A DNA stretch of 64,000 nucleotides. Origin: Andalucia godoyi And28 (Eukaryota; Protista; Jakobida). The stretch lies in the NCBI GenBank assembly GCA_009859145.1, contig VRVR01000036.1:21584-85583 (forward strand), given 5' to 3'. Below, piece by piece: positions 39,371 through 51,274 of this stretch. Numbering within the stretch: position 1 is the stretch's first letter; the number at the start of each line of letters is the position of its first letter. The notes under the pieces are model-generated. The model was given only the letters and a program-made list of their open reading frames with translations. It was not told the origin of the DNA and did not search any database. The translations under genes were made by a program, and so were the position numbers.

Positions 39371-40519
39371 CAGCAGACAGAAAGAGGTAGCAAGGAACCC
39401 TTGGTTGTCTCAGAATGATAGTTTTGTTTTTTGTTTTCGCTGCTTCAGATGCGTATGTACAACAACCAAGAATTCATTCGACGTAAATGGTGAAACAAGC
39501 AATTGAATAACAAGAAAAGAATGAAAGAACTGATAATAGTAATGGAGCAATGCAAAACCCAAAACAAGATGTATTTGGAATCGAAGAAAGAAGCGGTCTG
39601 CGGAGGAGACACCGATATATCGTGTTGTGGAGGAAAGGCGGAAAAGGGAAACTCAAAAGGGTAAAATGGACGATGGGTGATGGGTTTTCAAACGCGTCAT
39701 CGGACAAAAAACAAACCAATGAAACAATGAAAAATTAAAATAAAGGTATACAGTGAAGCTTTCTGCTCGCGCAAAAGGGTCGTGGACTGGGTGAGGTGCA
39801 GAGCATGTCCATCATCTGCACTAGGAGGGGGTGCATGTATTCCGACATCACATCCATCAAATTTGCCAAGTGGGTTACAATGTTGGTCGCATCAGAAGGG
39901 GGTCGAAATGGACTCGAAAGAACAGGAGAGGAATGAAAAAGGGAAAGGGGGGAAAGGGGGGAAGGGGGAGGGAAGAGCACAAGACTGCTCGAGGGACTCG
40001 TTTGACATTTGGCGTCTCAGCACCCAGCAGCCGACAACTTCGGAGCTGAGCGGGGGGAGTCGCAGAGTAGGCACACCTGACAAACGCCATGCAGGGCCCT
40101 ATAACGCAGTCGAGTTCGGGGTTTATCGCGTGCACTCTTCTTGTTACGAAACGAAAAGACGAAGAAATTACTCCGAGGCTTGTGACTAGCAACTTGCGAG
40201 TCATCCAATGGGAACGTGCGGGTAGCTGGGAGACGTGGGACCACAACAGTTGGATGTGTTTGTTGTTGTTGTTGTTGTTTTTCTTTTCTTTTCTTTTCTT
40301 TTCCTCTTTAAAGAAGGGAAGAAACTGAAATGGCAATGATGAGGATAACAATAACGAAATCCATCCCCACCCCACCCCACCCCCCGAGAGATGAAGAACT
40401 CCATGACAAAATGCAAGACATTGCAATTAAGGCTGTTTTTAAAATATACATATATAAACGTAACAATAAGTCAAATACTTGCATTTTCGAATAAATAAGA
40501 ACGACGGGGAAGGAGAACC

Positions 40520-41908
40520 CTATTGCACTGGGTCTTGAAAGGCATAGAAGCTGAGAGTAGAGAGCGCGAGGGACAGGGAATAGAATGCGACTCGTGTGGC
40601 CATGTTCATTGCCTTGACGCGCACCGAAGCAGGGCGACGGTTTCTGCCGATGGCACCGTCCTCTGCACCACTGCCACCGCCACCGCCACCGCCACCGCCA
40701 CTGCCGCCACCTTGCTGACCAAACGCATCAAGATCGAATCGGGTCTTGGACGGTCCAAGCATGTCAAAGTCTTGTCGTGTAAAGTACAGTTCCGAAAAGC
40801 TCGAGCGCTCCATTCCACACGCAGAAACCAGTGCCGCTGGGGTCAGTGTCCGGATGAACACCTTCGCTCTACCCATTGACGAAATGAGTCGCTCCGGAAA
40901 CGTACCATAGGTCGGAATGTGCTGAATATATTTGTGCACTTCTGCGCTGAACACTCCAAACGGCGAGTCATCGTCGGTCATCGGAGGACCCACCGCATTG
41001 CTGGTTGCGTCGTTTCCGGCACTGGTGACGGAGGAGCAAACGTCTTCGGAGCCTGCCATCGCATCTCTGTCGTCGCTGTCATCAAGATTCGGAGGCATCT
41101 TGGAAATCCGGATGATCTCATCTGAATAGTCGCCAATCAAAAAGGCAGACACATACAAGACGAACATGGGGTGCTCGTCGAATATCTCATCAAAGACTGC
41201 CAGCACACAGTACAGATCCTCGCAGTCATGAGAAAACCAGGTGAGAACCCACGGAACAAGGAAGAATGGAGGCATTTCGGTGGACTCGAAGAATGCAGCA
41301 ATTCGGTGTTCGTCCAAGAACCGAAGCAGCGGATAAAACAGCGAGAGCTCCTCCAGCAATTGCGTCAAATCCTTCTGCATGTGAAGCTTGAGCAGCGAAT
41401 CGGTCAGTCGCTGCAGAATCGCCAACGTCAGTCCATCTGACTCGGACGAAACCAACAGAATCGAAACAACATCATGCAATCCTTGGAAATAGTATCGGTC
41501 CGCCTGCCGCTGCTCCATAAACGTGTGAATGATCGCTGCCAATCGCGTACGGTACAACTGACGAACTTCCTCAGACGGCATAAACGACGCGTACATGCAA
41601 TTCACAAACGATCGGTTGATATCCTTTTCCACTTGGTCATAATCACGATGTGAGTGCGGCCGCGGACACCGGATAAAATCAGCCACAATTCCATTAGCTT
41701 CCTCGATTTCCGCGTGCGATATACGCAATGAATGCGCCCACTTTTCAGCACGGGAGCCCAATAAGGACCCGACGGTCGACGATGAGCTCACCGTTGCATG
41801 GTGTCGCTTATGTCGAGATCGCAACGAAGGCGAAAGGTTCACCGTTTCAAACTCGGATTCCACTCGGGAATGATTCCGTCGTCGATGCCGGACCGGTTTT
41901 GAACTCAT
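40520..41908 (-). CDS. TBC-domain Rab GAP, TBC1D20/Gyp8-like
   Basis: DYDQVEKDINRSF (Arg finger), YYFQGLHDVVSILL (Gln finger), PWVLTWFSHD, hydrophobic C-terminal anchor. Confidence 0.88.
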   Translation of the reverse strand: MSSKPVRHRRRNHSRVESEFETVNLSPSLRSRHKRHHATVSSSSTVGSLLGSRAEKWAHSLRISHAEIEEANGIVADFIRCPRPHSHRDYDQVEKDINRSFVNCMYASFMPSEEVRQLYRTRLAAIIHTFMEQRQADRYYFQGLHDVVSILLVSSESDGLTLAILQRLTDSLLKLHMQKDLTQLLEELSLFYPLLRFLDEHRIAAFFESTEMPPFFLVPWVLTWFSHDCEDLYCVLAVFDEIFDEHPMFVLYVSAFLIGDYSDEIIRISKMPPNLDDSDDRDAMAGSEDVCSSVTSAGNDATSNAVGPPMTDDDSPFGVFSAEVHKYIQHIPTYGTFPERLISSMGRAKVFIRTLTPAALVSACGMERSSFSELYFTRQDFDMLGPSKTRFDLDAFGQQGGGSGGGGGGGGGSGAEDGAIGRNRRPASVRVKAMNMATRVAFYSLSLALSTLSFYAFQDPVQ

Positions 41909-43196
41909 TGCGAATTCATCCAACAACAAAGAAAGTATTCAAATACAATATATATAATGGAGGACGCGGAAGAATATTCGCAGCGTTTCCGTCCTCTGTG
42001 TCCGTGGGTGAAGAAGAAGGGAGTTTAAATAAATTTAAAAAATACGAAAATTCACAACATATAATAATAATAATAATAATAAAGCCAGTAATAAAGACAA
42101 AAGATGAAAGAAGGACGGCTAATGAAACGGATCAATACGGCCAGTGCAGTCGACTGATGGAGAATCAATCAAAAATAGGGCAAGTTGTGTACAGCCGGCA
42201 AGCGGAGAGAAAAAGCAACAAAAACTACCGAGCGTGTTTTTCCCCCGCAAAAAAAGCGACTGAAAAAGGGTGTGGGCGTGATGCAGCATTTTATCGAAAG
42301 ACCCAAAAATACTGTCTCTGGTGATGTGCGGGGCCTACCGCCTCGGGCGGCGGTGGAATGTTTGATCCATTCTCAGCTGCCATGCGCATCGCTGCAACCA
42401 CTATTGCAGGGTTTTTTACCTATTTTTATTATTTATTCATTTTTTGTTAGAGGAACAGTCTAAAATTTGCAAAAATATCCGCGGCGCCAGCTACTGTAGT
42501 TCGGAACAGAGTCAGAGCAGACGGGAGAATCTTGTCAACGAAGCCTGTGAAAGGTGAGACTCGAGAGGAATCTGGTAGAATCCAATCGAGATCTGTCGAC
42601 TTCTCGCGACAGCCAGAGGCATCCAAGTTGGAATCCCCACGATTCTGCTTGCCTCTCCACACCATAAATGGAAACTGATGATGGAAATGCGACCAAATGC
42701 GACTTCTCGATGCCATAAAAGGCAGTTTGCCGCTGATTTTTTCCCAAAACGGATTTCGCGGGTCGTCGGAAACCTCATCAATTCGCTCCGAGGACAAACT
42801 CCGCTTCAACTTCCTCTCGTCTCTTTTTTGGTTTATCTTTCTTCGTCCCTCTCCGTATTGTTTTACTTTCTCGCTCTGCGTCTAAACACACCTTTAATAA
42901 TTATTTTATTATCTTTTTTTTTTGCGTCTAATCCTCAGCATCGTGTAGTACGAATCGTATTGAGAACTCGTTGTTTTCTCATTCTCTTTTTCTGTTTTTC
43001 TGTTTGTTTGTTTGTTTTTTTTGGATTTTTTTGTGCAAAAAAGAAGAGAAGAGAAGAGACATTTGAAACCCTGAATCGTCGTTTAATGATTTGTCGGTAG
43101 CAGGAGTCCTTCATTGCAAAGTATTTTCACACATCTACATTCTCAAGATTCCAGTTTGAAGACAGAAGAAGAAGCAAAAGCAGCGCTAAAACAAAC

Positions 43197-44639
43197 ATGC
43201 TGACTGCATCGTCCTTTGAACCCGTTGAGTCCTCATCTTCCAATAAGCGTGTGAAGCGCAAGGCTTCGGTGAAGTGGACTTCCGATGAAGACGAGCGGCT
43301 GCGTGCTGCGGTTGCAGTCTATGGAGGCAAGGAGTGGTCGCAGATTGCAGCCTTTGTTGCGACGAAGGACAAGGTTGCGTGCTATCAGCACTGGTTCCGC
43401 GTTCTCCATCCGCAGATATCAAAGGCAAAATTCACAGACTCCGATTACTGTGCCCTTGCATGGAGAGTGAAGGTTTATGGGACGTCGGCGTGGTGCAAAA
43501 TCGCCGAGGGTATGCCGGGTCGCACCGATACACAATGCCGCGCAAGATGGCTCGATATTGTGAAGGGCACGACGGCCGTGTGGAGAAGACTTCGTGTGTG
43601 CGTTCTTGGAGAGGTGGCAGATCAGATTGATGCTTCATATGGCGGCGCCTCGTTGCCTCCCCACTTGGTTCATCTTCCGAACGCGGTCATGACTGCCGAT
43701 GAAATGAAGGATATTCTGAGCAAGGAATTTGGGTTTTCAGCTCCTGATCCGGTGGCTCCTGCGCTTCCAATGGTTTCCGTCCCATCTCATCACACCTCAT
43801 TGCCGATGTTGGACTGTGGTGGCGGGCTTTCATCATCTTCTGCGTCTTCGTTCGCATCCGCGTCGGCCACTGCATCACCCGTGTCCACTTGCTCTTGCTG
43901 CACGCATCTGGAGCGAGAGTCGTCGTTTGGTGCGGATGCAATGCGCGTGCGATATGCTGCAGATGGCACCACACCGCCTCCAGTGAATCTCTGTCTGCGT
44001 TCTTCGTGGCGGAAGTGTGTCGAGACGAAAGGAATAGGCATTCCAACCGCGAATGTTGCGTCTCCAGCACAGTCGTTCCACTCCTCGAACGCGTCTTCCA
44101 ACTGCTCGACTGCCCCTTCAACGCCCACCGCGACTGCGCTCGCATTTTCATTTGCAAATGTCCGAGTTCATTCGTTTGGAAATTCCGCAGCGTCGGTGGA
44201 TGCTGTTTGCTCGAGCGGCTCGGCACCCATGAACATCGCCTCTTCCTCTTCCTCTTCCTCTTCCTCTTCTCCGCCAACAACAACACCGATGCCGGAGGAC
44301 ATGGGTGCTTGTTTTATGTGCACATCAAAGGTTTCAGCCCCGCAATTTGAGTCATTCATGACCCGAAAGAGACCAGTGTCTGAGCAGATCATCTCGGTCG
44401 CGGTGCAGAAGCACGACGAGAAAAAACCGAAGCTGGCGACAGACCTATGGGAAAATGAAGATGCAGTCATGCAATGGGGACTGTTTGCCTTTGAGGAACC
44501 TGCGCCAGAAGTCCCGTCTTACAGCGAAAGTGATTCGCAGCGTGGTCGTCTCCAGGATTCTCCGAGTCGCATCTTCATTCAAGACACGATGGTCGGGAGC
44601 TTGTCTGCTGCAGAATTCGACTGGATGGATGATTTGTAG
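43197..44639 (+). CDS. Two-repeat Myb transcription factor (local subfamily A, copy 1)
   Basis: KWTSDEDERL...W...CYQHWFRVLHP / KFTD...AWCKIAEGMPGRTDTQCRARW. Confidence 0.92.
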   Translation: MLTASSFEPVESSSSNKRVKRKASVKWTSDEDERLRAAVAVYGGKEWSQIAAFVATKDKVACYQHWFRVLHPQISKAKFTDSDYCALAWRVKVYGTSAWCKIAEGMPGRTDTQCRARWLDIVKGTTAVWRRLRVCVLGEVADQIDASYGGASLPPHLVHLPNAVMTADEMKDILSKEFGFSAPDPVAPALPMVSVPSHHTSLPMLDCGGGLSSSSASSFASASATASPVSTCSCCTHLERESSFGADAMRVRYAADGTTPPPVNLCLRSSWRKCVETKGIGIPTANVASPAQSFHSSNASSNCSTAPSTPTATALAFSFANVRVHSFGNSAASVDAVCSSGSAPMNIASSSSSSSSSSPPTTTPMPEDMGACFMCTSKVSAPQFESFMTRKRPVSEQIISVAVQKHDEKKPKLATDLWENEDAVMQWGLFAFEEPAPEVPSYSESDSQRGRLQDSPSRIFIQDTMVGSLSAAEFDWMDDL

Positions 44640-44850
44640 GCACGCATGCCCAATTCATTCCTCTTCTTCTTCTCCGTGATTATTTTCGTTTTTATTTTAA
44701 TTCGGTATTCCGTCTCTCCTCTATGATTTCGGTGCTGGCTACATTGCCTTCCTGGTTTTCCTTGTAATAAATATCAATATTTCGTTATTTGTATACATGG
44801 TAAGTGTACGCAGCTGTACACATTTTCCAACTCGTGTCTCCATTTTATTG

Positions 44851-44866
44851 TATTATTATTATTATT

Positions 44867-44902
<36 letters not shown>
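44851..44902. repeat. Compound (TTA)n(TTG)n microsatellite
   Basis: Direct reading. Confidence 0.9.
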
Positions 44903-45533
44903 ACTGTTGTTTGAATTAAATATTTTCTTCCTCAAAAAAAGCAACCGTAATGAGTGGACTGTAGTGGGGAAAATCAAATAATCGATGAGCGGCGAAACCT
45001 TAAAAAAAGCAGGAGACACCCCAGAAGAAACTCCGTTGAGAAAAAAGAATGGGAAAAGAAAAAGCATCTCTTCAAAAAGGAGGGTGAATTCAATCGGGGG
45101 AGGGTTCGAATCGCCCATTTTTGCCGGGCCATTTTCCCTGCATAATGGGGTTTCGGCATTTCCCTTTTGCCCGTTTTTTCTAATTTTCTCGTGTCTCCTC
45201 CATTTTTGCTTCCGTTTTCTCTCTTCTTTTCGTTCGTTTATTCTAGATTTCTTTTTTTTTTTTTTTTGTTATACATCGGCTAAAACCTCAAAGTAAACTT
45301 ATTCTTTTTTCTCTTTTCGTTCAACGAGGGGCTTCAGCAGTGTAGTCCCTCGCTGTACGGACAATATCCTCTTCTATCCCCGTCCGCGCTGGATCATTTA
45401 TAATCGAGACGCGAACTTCGGATTACAGGAAAAATTCTCTTCTTCTTCTTATTATCATTCTTCTTATTCTCTAACATCACTGTCTTGGCACCTTAGCGCG
45501 GATTTCTGCAGAGTTTTTCGAGTGTATTTTGCT

Positions 45534-47573
45534 ATGACTTCTGTTTCGAATGCATACAGCTTCACTCCAACGTCGCTCTCGCCGACTTCGCCTCCGTTGG
45601 TCCCGGCGTTTATGCACGCATCAGGAACGCCTGCACCCACGCTTGTGGGCCCGTGTGCGACTCAATCCATTCTAATGACGGCGGCACCTATCACAGCCGC
45701 AGCGCCGACGACGTCCACTGCGACGGGCATTTTGTATCACTCGCAGCGTGCGCCGCAGTCTGGGATTCCGCAGTCGACATCGACAACCTCGATTCCAAAC
45801 TCGTCGTCCACAAACTCGCTCTCCGGAGACGGGAAGCTGCAGCGGAAGCCGTCGCAGAAGTGGTCAGCCGACGAAGACGCGCGGCTTGTGGAGGCCGTCC
45901 AAATGTACAACGGGCGGCGCTGGGCAAAGATTGCGGAGATTGTCGGGTCGAAGGACAAGATTGCGTGCTACCAGCACTGGTTCCGCGTGCTCAACCCGCA
46001 GATCTCAAAGACAAAGTTCTCGGATGCAGAGTACTGCCGCCTGGGGTACCGCATCAAGCTGTATGGGACGTCAGCGTGGTGCAAGGTTGCGGAGGGGATG
46101 TACGGACGGACGGACACGCAGTGCCGGGCGCGGTGGCTGGACATCCAGAAGGGGTCGACCCCGCTGTGGAAGACGCTGAAGAGGCTGATTCTGGGGGAGG
46201 AGTGCGAGGACTACGAGACGGTGGACAAATCGGCTGTTGTGAGTGCGGATGAGATGAAGGCGTATCTCGAGAGGGAGTTTGGAGTGCAGATCGTTGCGTC
46301 GTCAGCCGAGTTGGATGGCGGTGGCTGTGGTGGTGCCGGTGGCGGGCTGTCGGATGCAGTGATGCAGGGTGCTTCGGAAGAGCTGGCGTCGTTTGAGGCG
46401 CAGGAGAATGGGAAGATCGCAGAAGAAGTGAATGCGTGTCTCCGATCGTCGTGGAAGAGGACTCTAAAGTCTAAAGACCACGGTGGTAATGCGGGGTCCG
46501 TTTCAAATGGTGCAGCGGGAGCTGGCGGTGCTAGTATGCCTTCCGTCCCTGGGAAGCGCATGTCGGGTCCTGCTGGTGGAGTGGCTCCAGTTATTGGGAG
46601 TGGCAAGAAACTGCATGTTGGGCCATCTTTAAATTCTCGTTCGCGTCCCGGAGCGTCTTCCAGGGCGGTGCAGCCGAAAATGGACCTCTTGTCTGCGAGT
46701 GTTTCGCTTCCGTCTCTCGTTTCGGTACTTTCCAGTAGCCCAATGATGGATCCTGCAATGTTTGGGCTCATGGATAGTAGCGATGCTCCGTATCCGTTGG
46801 CGCCAAGCAATTCTTCCGCTTCGTCGGACCCGAAACAAGGTCAGGCACAGCGGCCAGCATTTGGGTCCACATTGTCGGATTCCGTGTCAAGTGGACATGT
46901 GAATTCGCAGATGTTGCAAAATCACCTTTTTCAGCATCAACAACAACAACAGCACCAGCACCAGCACCACCATTCCCACCAACAACAGCAGCAGCAGCGG
47001 CAGTATCCGACCCATGTGTCTTTCCAGTACTCCTCATCGTCTGGATCGTACATTGCTCCTTCCGTTTCGGTTCCGAATACGCTGTCAAATGTTGGAATGG
47101 TGAACGGACAGTTTGTGTCGTCCTCGTCATCATCGCTTTCCATGGGGCTTTCGTCTCTTTCTCTTGGAATGTCTTCGGAAGCAATCGAGCTGAATTCTCG
47201 TCCTGGGTATGGTAGAAATCGGCAGACTGGTAGTTCCGCACACTCCCGATCGTCGTCCATGATGGAAGAGGAAGACGAAGATCTTCTGCAGGATGCGTTG
47301 CTCCTTTCTGGCATTCCCATGGTTGCGGAGCCGTCGAACGTAATGGATGATTTCGATCCTTTGATTACCCCCGGAGGCATGCTTGAACTGATTGTTTCGT
47401 CTCCCATGGGAACTTCTGCTTTCCAATCCCCTCCGTCCCATCTCTTGTCGTCGTCGTCGTCTCGAGACATGCATCATAGTGCAGTGGGTGGAAGCACCGT
47501 TTTTGTCAACCCTCCGACTCCACTAACTGTTGGGGTTGGATCCGACTTTGACGAGTGGATGCGAGAAGATTAG
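45534..47573 (+). CDS. Two-repeat Myb transcription factor (subfamily A, copy 2)
   Basis: KWSADEDARL...CYQHWFRVLNP / KFSD...AWCKVAEGMYGRTDTQCRARW; Gln/His/Ser-rich tail. Confidence 0.92.
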   Translation: MTSVSNAYSFTPTSLSPTSPPLVPAFMHASGTPAPTLVGPCATQSILMTAAPITAAAPTTSTATGILYHSQRAPQSGIPQSTSTTSIPNSSSTNSLSGDGKLQRKPSQKWSADEDARLVEAVQMYNGRRWAKIAEIVGSKDKIACYQHWFRVLNPQISKTKFSDAEYCRLGYRIKLYGTSAWCKVAEGMYGRTDTQCRARWLDIQKGSTPLWKTLKRLILGEECEDYETVDKSAVVSADEMKAYLEREFGVQIVASSAELDGGGCGGAGGGLSDAVMQGASEELASFEAQENGKIAEEVNACLRSSWKRTLKSKDHGGNAGSVSNGAAGAGGASMPSVPGKRMSGPAGGVAPVIGSGKKLHVGPSLNSRSRPGASSRAVQPKMDLLSASVSLPSLVSVLSSSPMMDPAMFGLMDSSDAPYPLAPSNSSASSDPKQGQAQRPAFGSTLSDSVSSGHVNSQMLQNHLFQHQQQQQHQHQHHHSHQQQQQQRQYPTHVSFQYSSSSGSYIAPSVSVPNTLSNVGMVNGQFVSSSSSSLSMGLSSLSLGMSSEAIELNSRPGYGRNRQTGSSAHSRSSSMMEEEDEDLLQDALLLSGIPMVAEPSNVMDDFDPLITPGGMLELIVSSPMGTSAFQSPPSHLLSSSSSRDMHHSAVGGSTVFVNPPTPLTVGVGSDFDEWMRED

Positions 47574-48426
47574 TTGCGCCCCACCTGCCATTCCAATTTT
47601 CGTGGACGGGCAGTGTTTGCCTACCTACCTGCCTGCCTGTCTGTCTGTCTGTCTGTCTTGTTTGTTTTTTGCAGCAAGTGCTACCCTCCATAGCCAAACC
47701 TCGCCAGATCCATGTCGCTCGCCCAACAAAGCTGTAGCCATGGGAAGTTTGGGGGGTGGAGAAGAGTAGTATCTCTGTTTTTGTCCGTGTTTGAACGACT
47801 TGAAGTACGAAGCAGTAGTTTAATAATAGAATACCGCTGCCACTTATTGCGATATGATGAAGCAATCTAAAGCGCACGTAAAAACAAAAAAACAAAACAA
47901 AAAAAAACACTGCCACGCGCCATGCGCATGCGTTTGCTATCTTGACAAAAACTCCGTCACACGATGCCCCGATTCGTTTCGCCTCCCATTTTGATCGTGA
48001 AGTCCCTGTATAAATACGCCACCGCGTTGCATTATGCATGTTGTTGGGTTGCAACATTGATTATGGGTGATCAGCGATGATTATCCATGATTAGCGTACA
48101 ATGTAAGCGTACAAATCATGAATCACCTATGCACACGTACTTGGAGCCCCGCCCATTCCAGCCGCACGCATCAAAAGGCATCGCATCTCCTGTAGTCGAG
48201 TTCTTTTTCAGTTTTCCTTTGAAACATTTCGATTTTTGGAGCGAATGTTTTTTCATTTAATGTTGCATATGTATATATATATATATATAAACTCTTCGTC
48301 TCTTTAACACTTTCCTTTTTTTAATTTTAATTTTTAATCTTCTTTTTTTTATAATTAAAGATTGTTTTTATTTCAAAATATTGATATTCGTGAATTTTGC
48401 AGTAACTGGATTACTTGTTGTGTGCA

Positions 48427-50391
48427 ATGTCGAAAACGAAGTCGCTTGCTCCAAAGAAGCGTGACCAAAAGATTGTGTTAGAGGAAGCTGATGCTGGCGA
48501 CCATGCGCTAGACCATCTTGGCGTCGCTGCGATGTCTTCCAAAACGAGCATTAAAGATCTGAGGAAAAAGTCTGTGCCATCCAGCAAGAAGCGCCCTGCA
48601 CCTGAGCCTGAAGCCGAGTTGGATGATGAAGAATTGTCGTACTCGGATGATGATCATGATCATGATCATGACAGAGAAGAAGAAGATGGTGATGATGATG
48701 ATGAAGAAGAAGAAGAAGAAGAAGAAGAGAGGCTGAAAAGCAAGGCGATTGTGAAAAAGAATGGAAAAGCAGAGAGCGGTGAGGGAAAATCAAAGCCCAA
48801 GTCAAAGGCAACAGATGGGGAGCAGAAGCCTGATAGGAAAACGGTTGCTCGAGCGGGGAAGAAGCATGCTTCGTTGATGGATCAGTGCCGACGAATCTGG
48901 GAATCGGCGAGACCCGAGTCCGTGGATGCAGAGACGCGCGCAGCGTACGTGGAGCAGCTGTTTTCTCTTGTGGATGGCGTTGTTGTTGAGATTTTGCTGA
49001 AGCACGATGGCGCACGGATGTTGCAGTTTTTGCTCAAGCACGGCACTGCAGAGATGCGGTCGTCGATTGTGAAGGTTCTTGATGAGCAAACACTTGTATT
49101 GGCTGCCAAGTCGAACTATGGGCGTTTCTTTGTCAAGAAGGCCTTCAAGTATGCAGACAAGCAAGGGAAAGCTATGCTGATGGAGCGAATTCAGTCGCAT
49201 ATCGCGGATCTCGCGAGACATGCACACGGAATTCAGGTCATTGAATATCTGTGGAACTTCATTATGACTCCTGCACAAAAAAAGAAGGAAAGCTGCTTGA
49301 AGTCGTTCTTTGGATCGAATCTCGAGATGGTGTCAGAAGGAACCCAGTATAAGAACTTGAGCGAGGTGGTTCGACAGTTGGTGGACAAGGAACTCATCGA
49401 TCTCATGCTGGTCCAGCACTTGCTGCGACTGGTCTTTGAATCCGCCCAGGTCCCCGAGTCGACCAAGAAGGATTTCGCTACGACATTATCCGAAGCCCTG
49501 GTTCATATTGTTCATACTCTCGATGGAATGGTGGTTGCGCTCCATGTCATCTCGTATCTGCAAGCCAAGGAACGAAAGGCTGTGCTCAAGTCGCTCAAGG
49601 ACCATATCGCAGCAGTTGCAAAGGACGAGTTCGGGTATCTTGTGCTTGTCTATTGCATGCATGCCGTCGACGATACGGTGCTGGTGGCAAAGAACATTCT
49701 TGCACCATATGCCGAAAAGCTCGAGGAGCTTGCAACCCACAAATCGGCTCGACGTGTGCTTCTTGCGGCTCTCTCGGAAGAACAGCACATTACTCGACAC
49801 ATTCCCAAGGTCCACTGGGATTTCGTGAATGCGTGCTACCGACCGGACACCTCCAAGAAGGACCGGCCTGTCCGAAAGGCTGAAATCCAGCGCGCAGCGA
49901 TTCTTGAGTGCAAAGACCGCATCACCTCGGAGATTGCCGATTCCTGGGTCGCCAATGTTCCTGCGTTGGTTTCGGAGTGGGCATTTGGCTGCACGGTTGC
50001 TGCGAGAAAAGATGAAGCAAAGGACGAGCAAGCAAAGGGGGCTTTCCTGTCATCATTGGAAGCACTTGCGGAAGCGCTTGTCAAGCGAATGGCCCCCGCA
50101 ACCGACGAATCCGGTGCGGTGGTTGCCATGTCCCCGGATGTATCGCGAACTGCAAGAAATGCCTGCAAATGCTCTGCAGACTTTGCCAGAACACTGCTCG
50201 CCGCAATCCGCACGTCCGCAGCTGGTGTCACTCTCACCGATCTTGCAACCCGCGACAAGTCGTCTGCCTACGTTGTTGTTGGACTTGTGCAACGTGAAGA
50301 ACTCCGTGCGGCCGTGGTGAAGGAACTCGCCAAGGTCAAGCGCAACAAGATTCCAAACGACATTCTGCAACAAGAGCTTGCAGAAAAGTAG
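48427..50391 (+). CDS. PUM3: Pumilio homolog 3 / Puf6 (nucleolar PUF protein)
   Basis: Basic/acidic N-terminus; KHDGARMLQFLLKHG, SNYGRFFVKKAFKY, LVHIVHTLDG, MHAVDDTVLVAK, DTSKKD..RKAEI are Puf6/PUM3-type motifs. Confidence 0.9.
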   Translation: MSKTKSLAPKKRDQKIVLEEADAGDHALDHLGVAAMSSKTSIKDLRKKSVPSSKKRPAPEPEAELDDEELSYSDDDHDHDHDREEEDGDDDDEEEEEEEEERLKSKAIVKKNGKAESGEGKSKPKSKATDGEQKPDRKTVARAGKKHASLMDQCRRIWESARPESVDAETRAAYVEQLFSLVDGVVVEILLKHDGARMLQFLLKHGTAEMRSSIVKVLDEQTLVLAAKSNYGRFFVKKAFKYADKQGKAMLMERIQSHIADLARHAHGIQVIEYLWNFIMTPAQKKKESCLKSFFGSNLEMVSEGTQYKNLSEVVRQLVDKELIDLMLVQHLLRLVFESAQVPESTKKDFATTLSEALVHIVHTLDGMVVALHVISYLQAKERKAVLKSLKDHIAAVAKDEFGYLVLVYCMHAVDDTVLVAKNILAPYAEKLEELATHKSARRVLLAALSEEQHITRHIPKVHWDFVNACYRPDTSKKDRPVRKAEIQRAAILECKDRITSEIADSWVANVPALVSEWAFGCTVAARKDEAKDEQAKGAFLSSLEALAEALVKRMAPATDESGAVVAMSPDVSRTARNACKCSADFARTLLAAIRTSAAGVTLTDLATRDKSSAYVVVGLVQREELRAAVVKELAKVKRNKIPNDILQQELAEK

Positions 50392-50590
50392 GAATTAAAA
50401 AAAATAATAAAATCACTCTCTTTATCTTCGATTCTCGTTGTGTTTCTCTTGAATTTTTTATTAATTTATTTAAACTGCAATATTGCGTGTTGTTATTTTC
50501 CGCCATGGTCAGTGTCACCCTTATTATAATTCTTTTTCTGTTTTTGTTTTTGTACACTCAAAAAATGCATGGTAATCGCTGCTTTGCCGA

Positions 50591-51274
50591 TTAGTAACGG
50601 CCGCGTCTCCTTTTGTACAGCGGCGATGAGATCTGCGCGCCTCTTACTCCGACTTCATAGCGTATCGACGCTGCCCCAAAACCGTCGTCTGAGCTGTACG
50701 ACGAGCTGATGGGTCTTGTTTCGTCTTGCTCCTCTTCCTGCTCTGAATCGACGCTGTACTCGGTCTGTCGGTCCGAAATGTACAGTGCCCCTGCGCTCCC
50801 AGACACGCTGAGTCTCTGAATCTTGCTCATGATGAGGTCGGCAGCCGGCAGGCCAACCGCAGCACACGACGGCAACAGCCCGTTTCCACTGTACACCCTA
50901 TGCACCGACGGAAACTCCAAGCCAGTCCTCATTTCGCTTCGCTTGTCATTGCCGGTTTCACTGTCATTCTCATTGTCGCTGTTGCCATCACTTCGACCGC
51001 TGCTGGTGTCCACGCTCGGACGAGCATACTGACCAGACCTCCTCGTTGGCCGAACAGTCCCTCGCTCAAAACTGCTGTTGTTGCTACTGTTGCTACTGTT
51101 GCTGTTAATATTAGTGGAAGCAGCGAAATCAGCGAGTGTGCTGTCGTCAGTGGAGCGTGTTCGTTTGCGCTTGAGCAAGTGAACTGCAGGCGGCATTACA
51201 AACGCCGGTCGGGCAGCCACAAGCGGAATGTAGCGTACTGGCCGCCTACCCCGGTACTCGTTATTGTCCATCAT
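50591..51274 (-). CDS. Hypothetical disordered, probably nuclear protein (about 227 aa)
   Basis: ATG at 51274; LKRKRTRS NLS-like motif; Ser/Asn-rich; no recognised domain. Confidence 0.5.
   Translation of the reverse strand: MMDNNEYRGRRPVRYIPLVAARPAFVMPPAVHLLKRKRTRSTDDSTLADFAASTNINSNSSNSSNNSSFERGTVRPTRRSGQYARPSVDTSSGRSDGNSDNENDSETGNDKRSEMRTGLEFPSVHRVYSGNGLLPSCAAVGLPAADLIMSKIQRLSVSGSAGALYISDRQTEYSVDSEQEEEQDETRPISSSYSSDDGFGAASIRYEVGVRGAQISSPLYKRRRGRY

Noticed and set aside
42447-42809. 120-aa minus-strand ORF between the TBC and Myb genes
   Set aside because: TTG start and no recognisable motif; cannot be supported.
45095-45120. GGGTTCGAATC tRNA T-loop/B-box-like motif (similar GGTTCAATCC near 22706)
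   Set aside because: No A-box, acceptor stem or cloverleaf around either.
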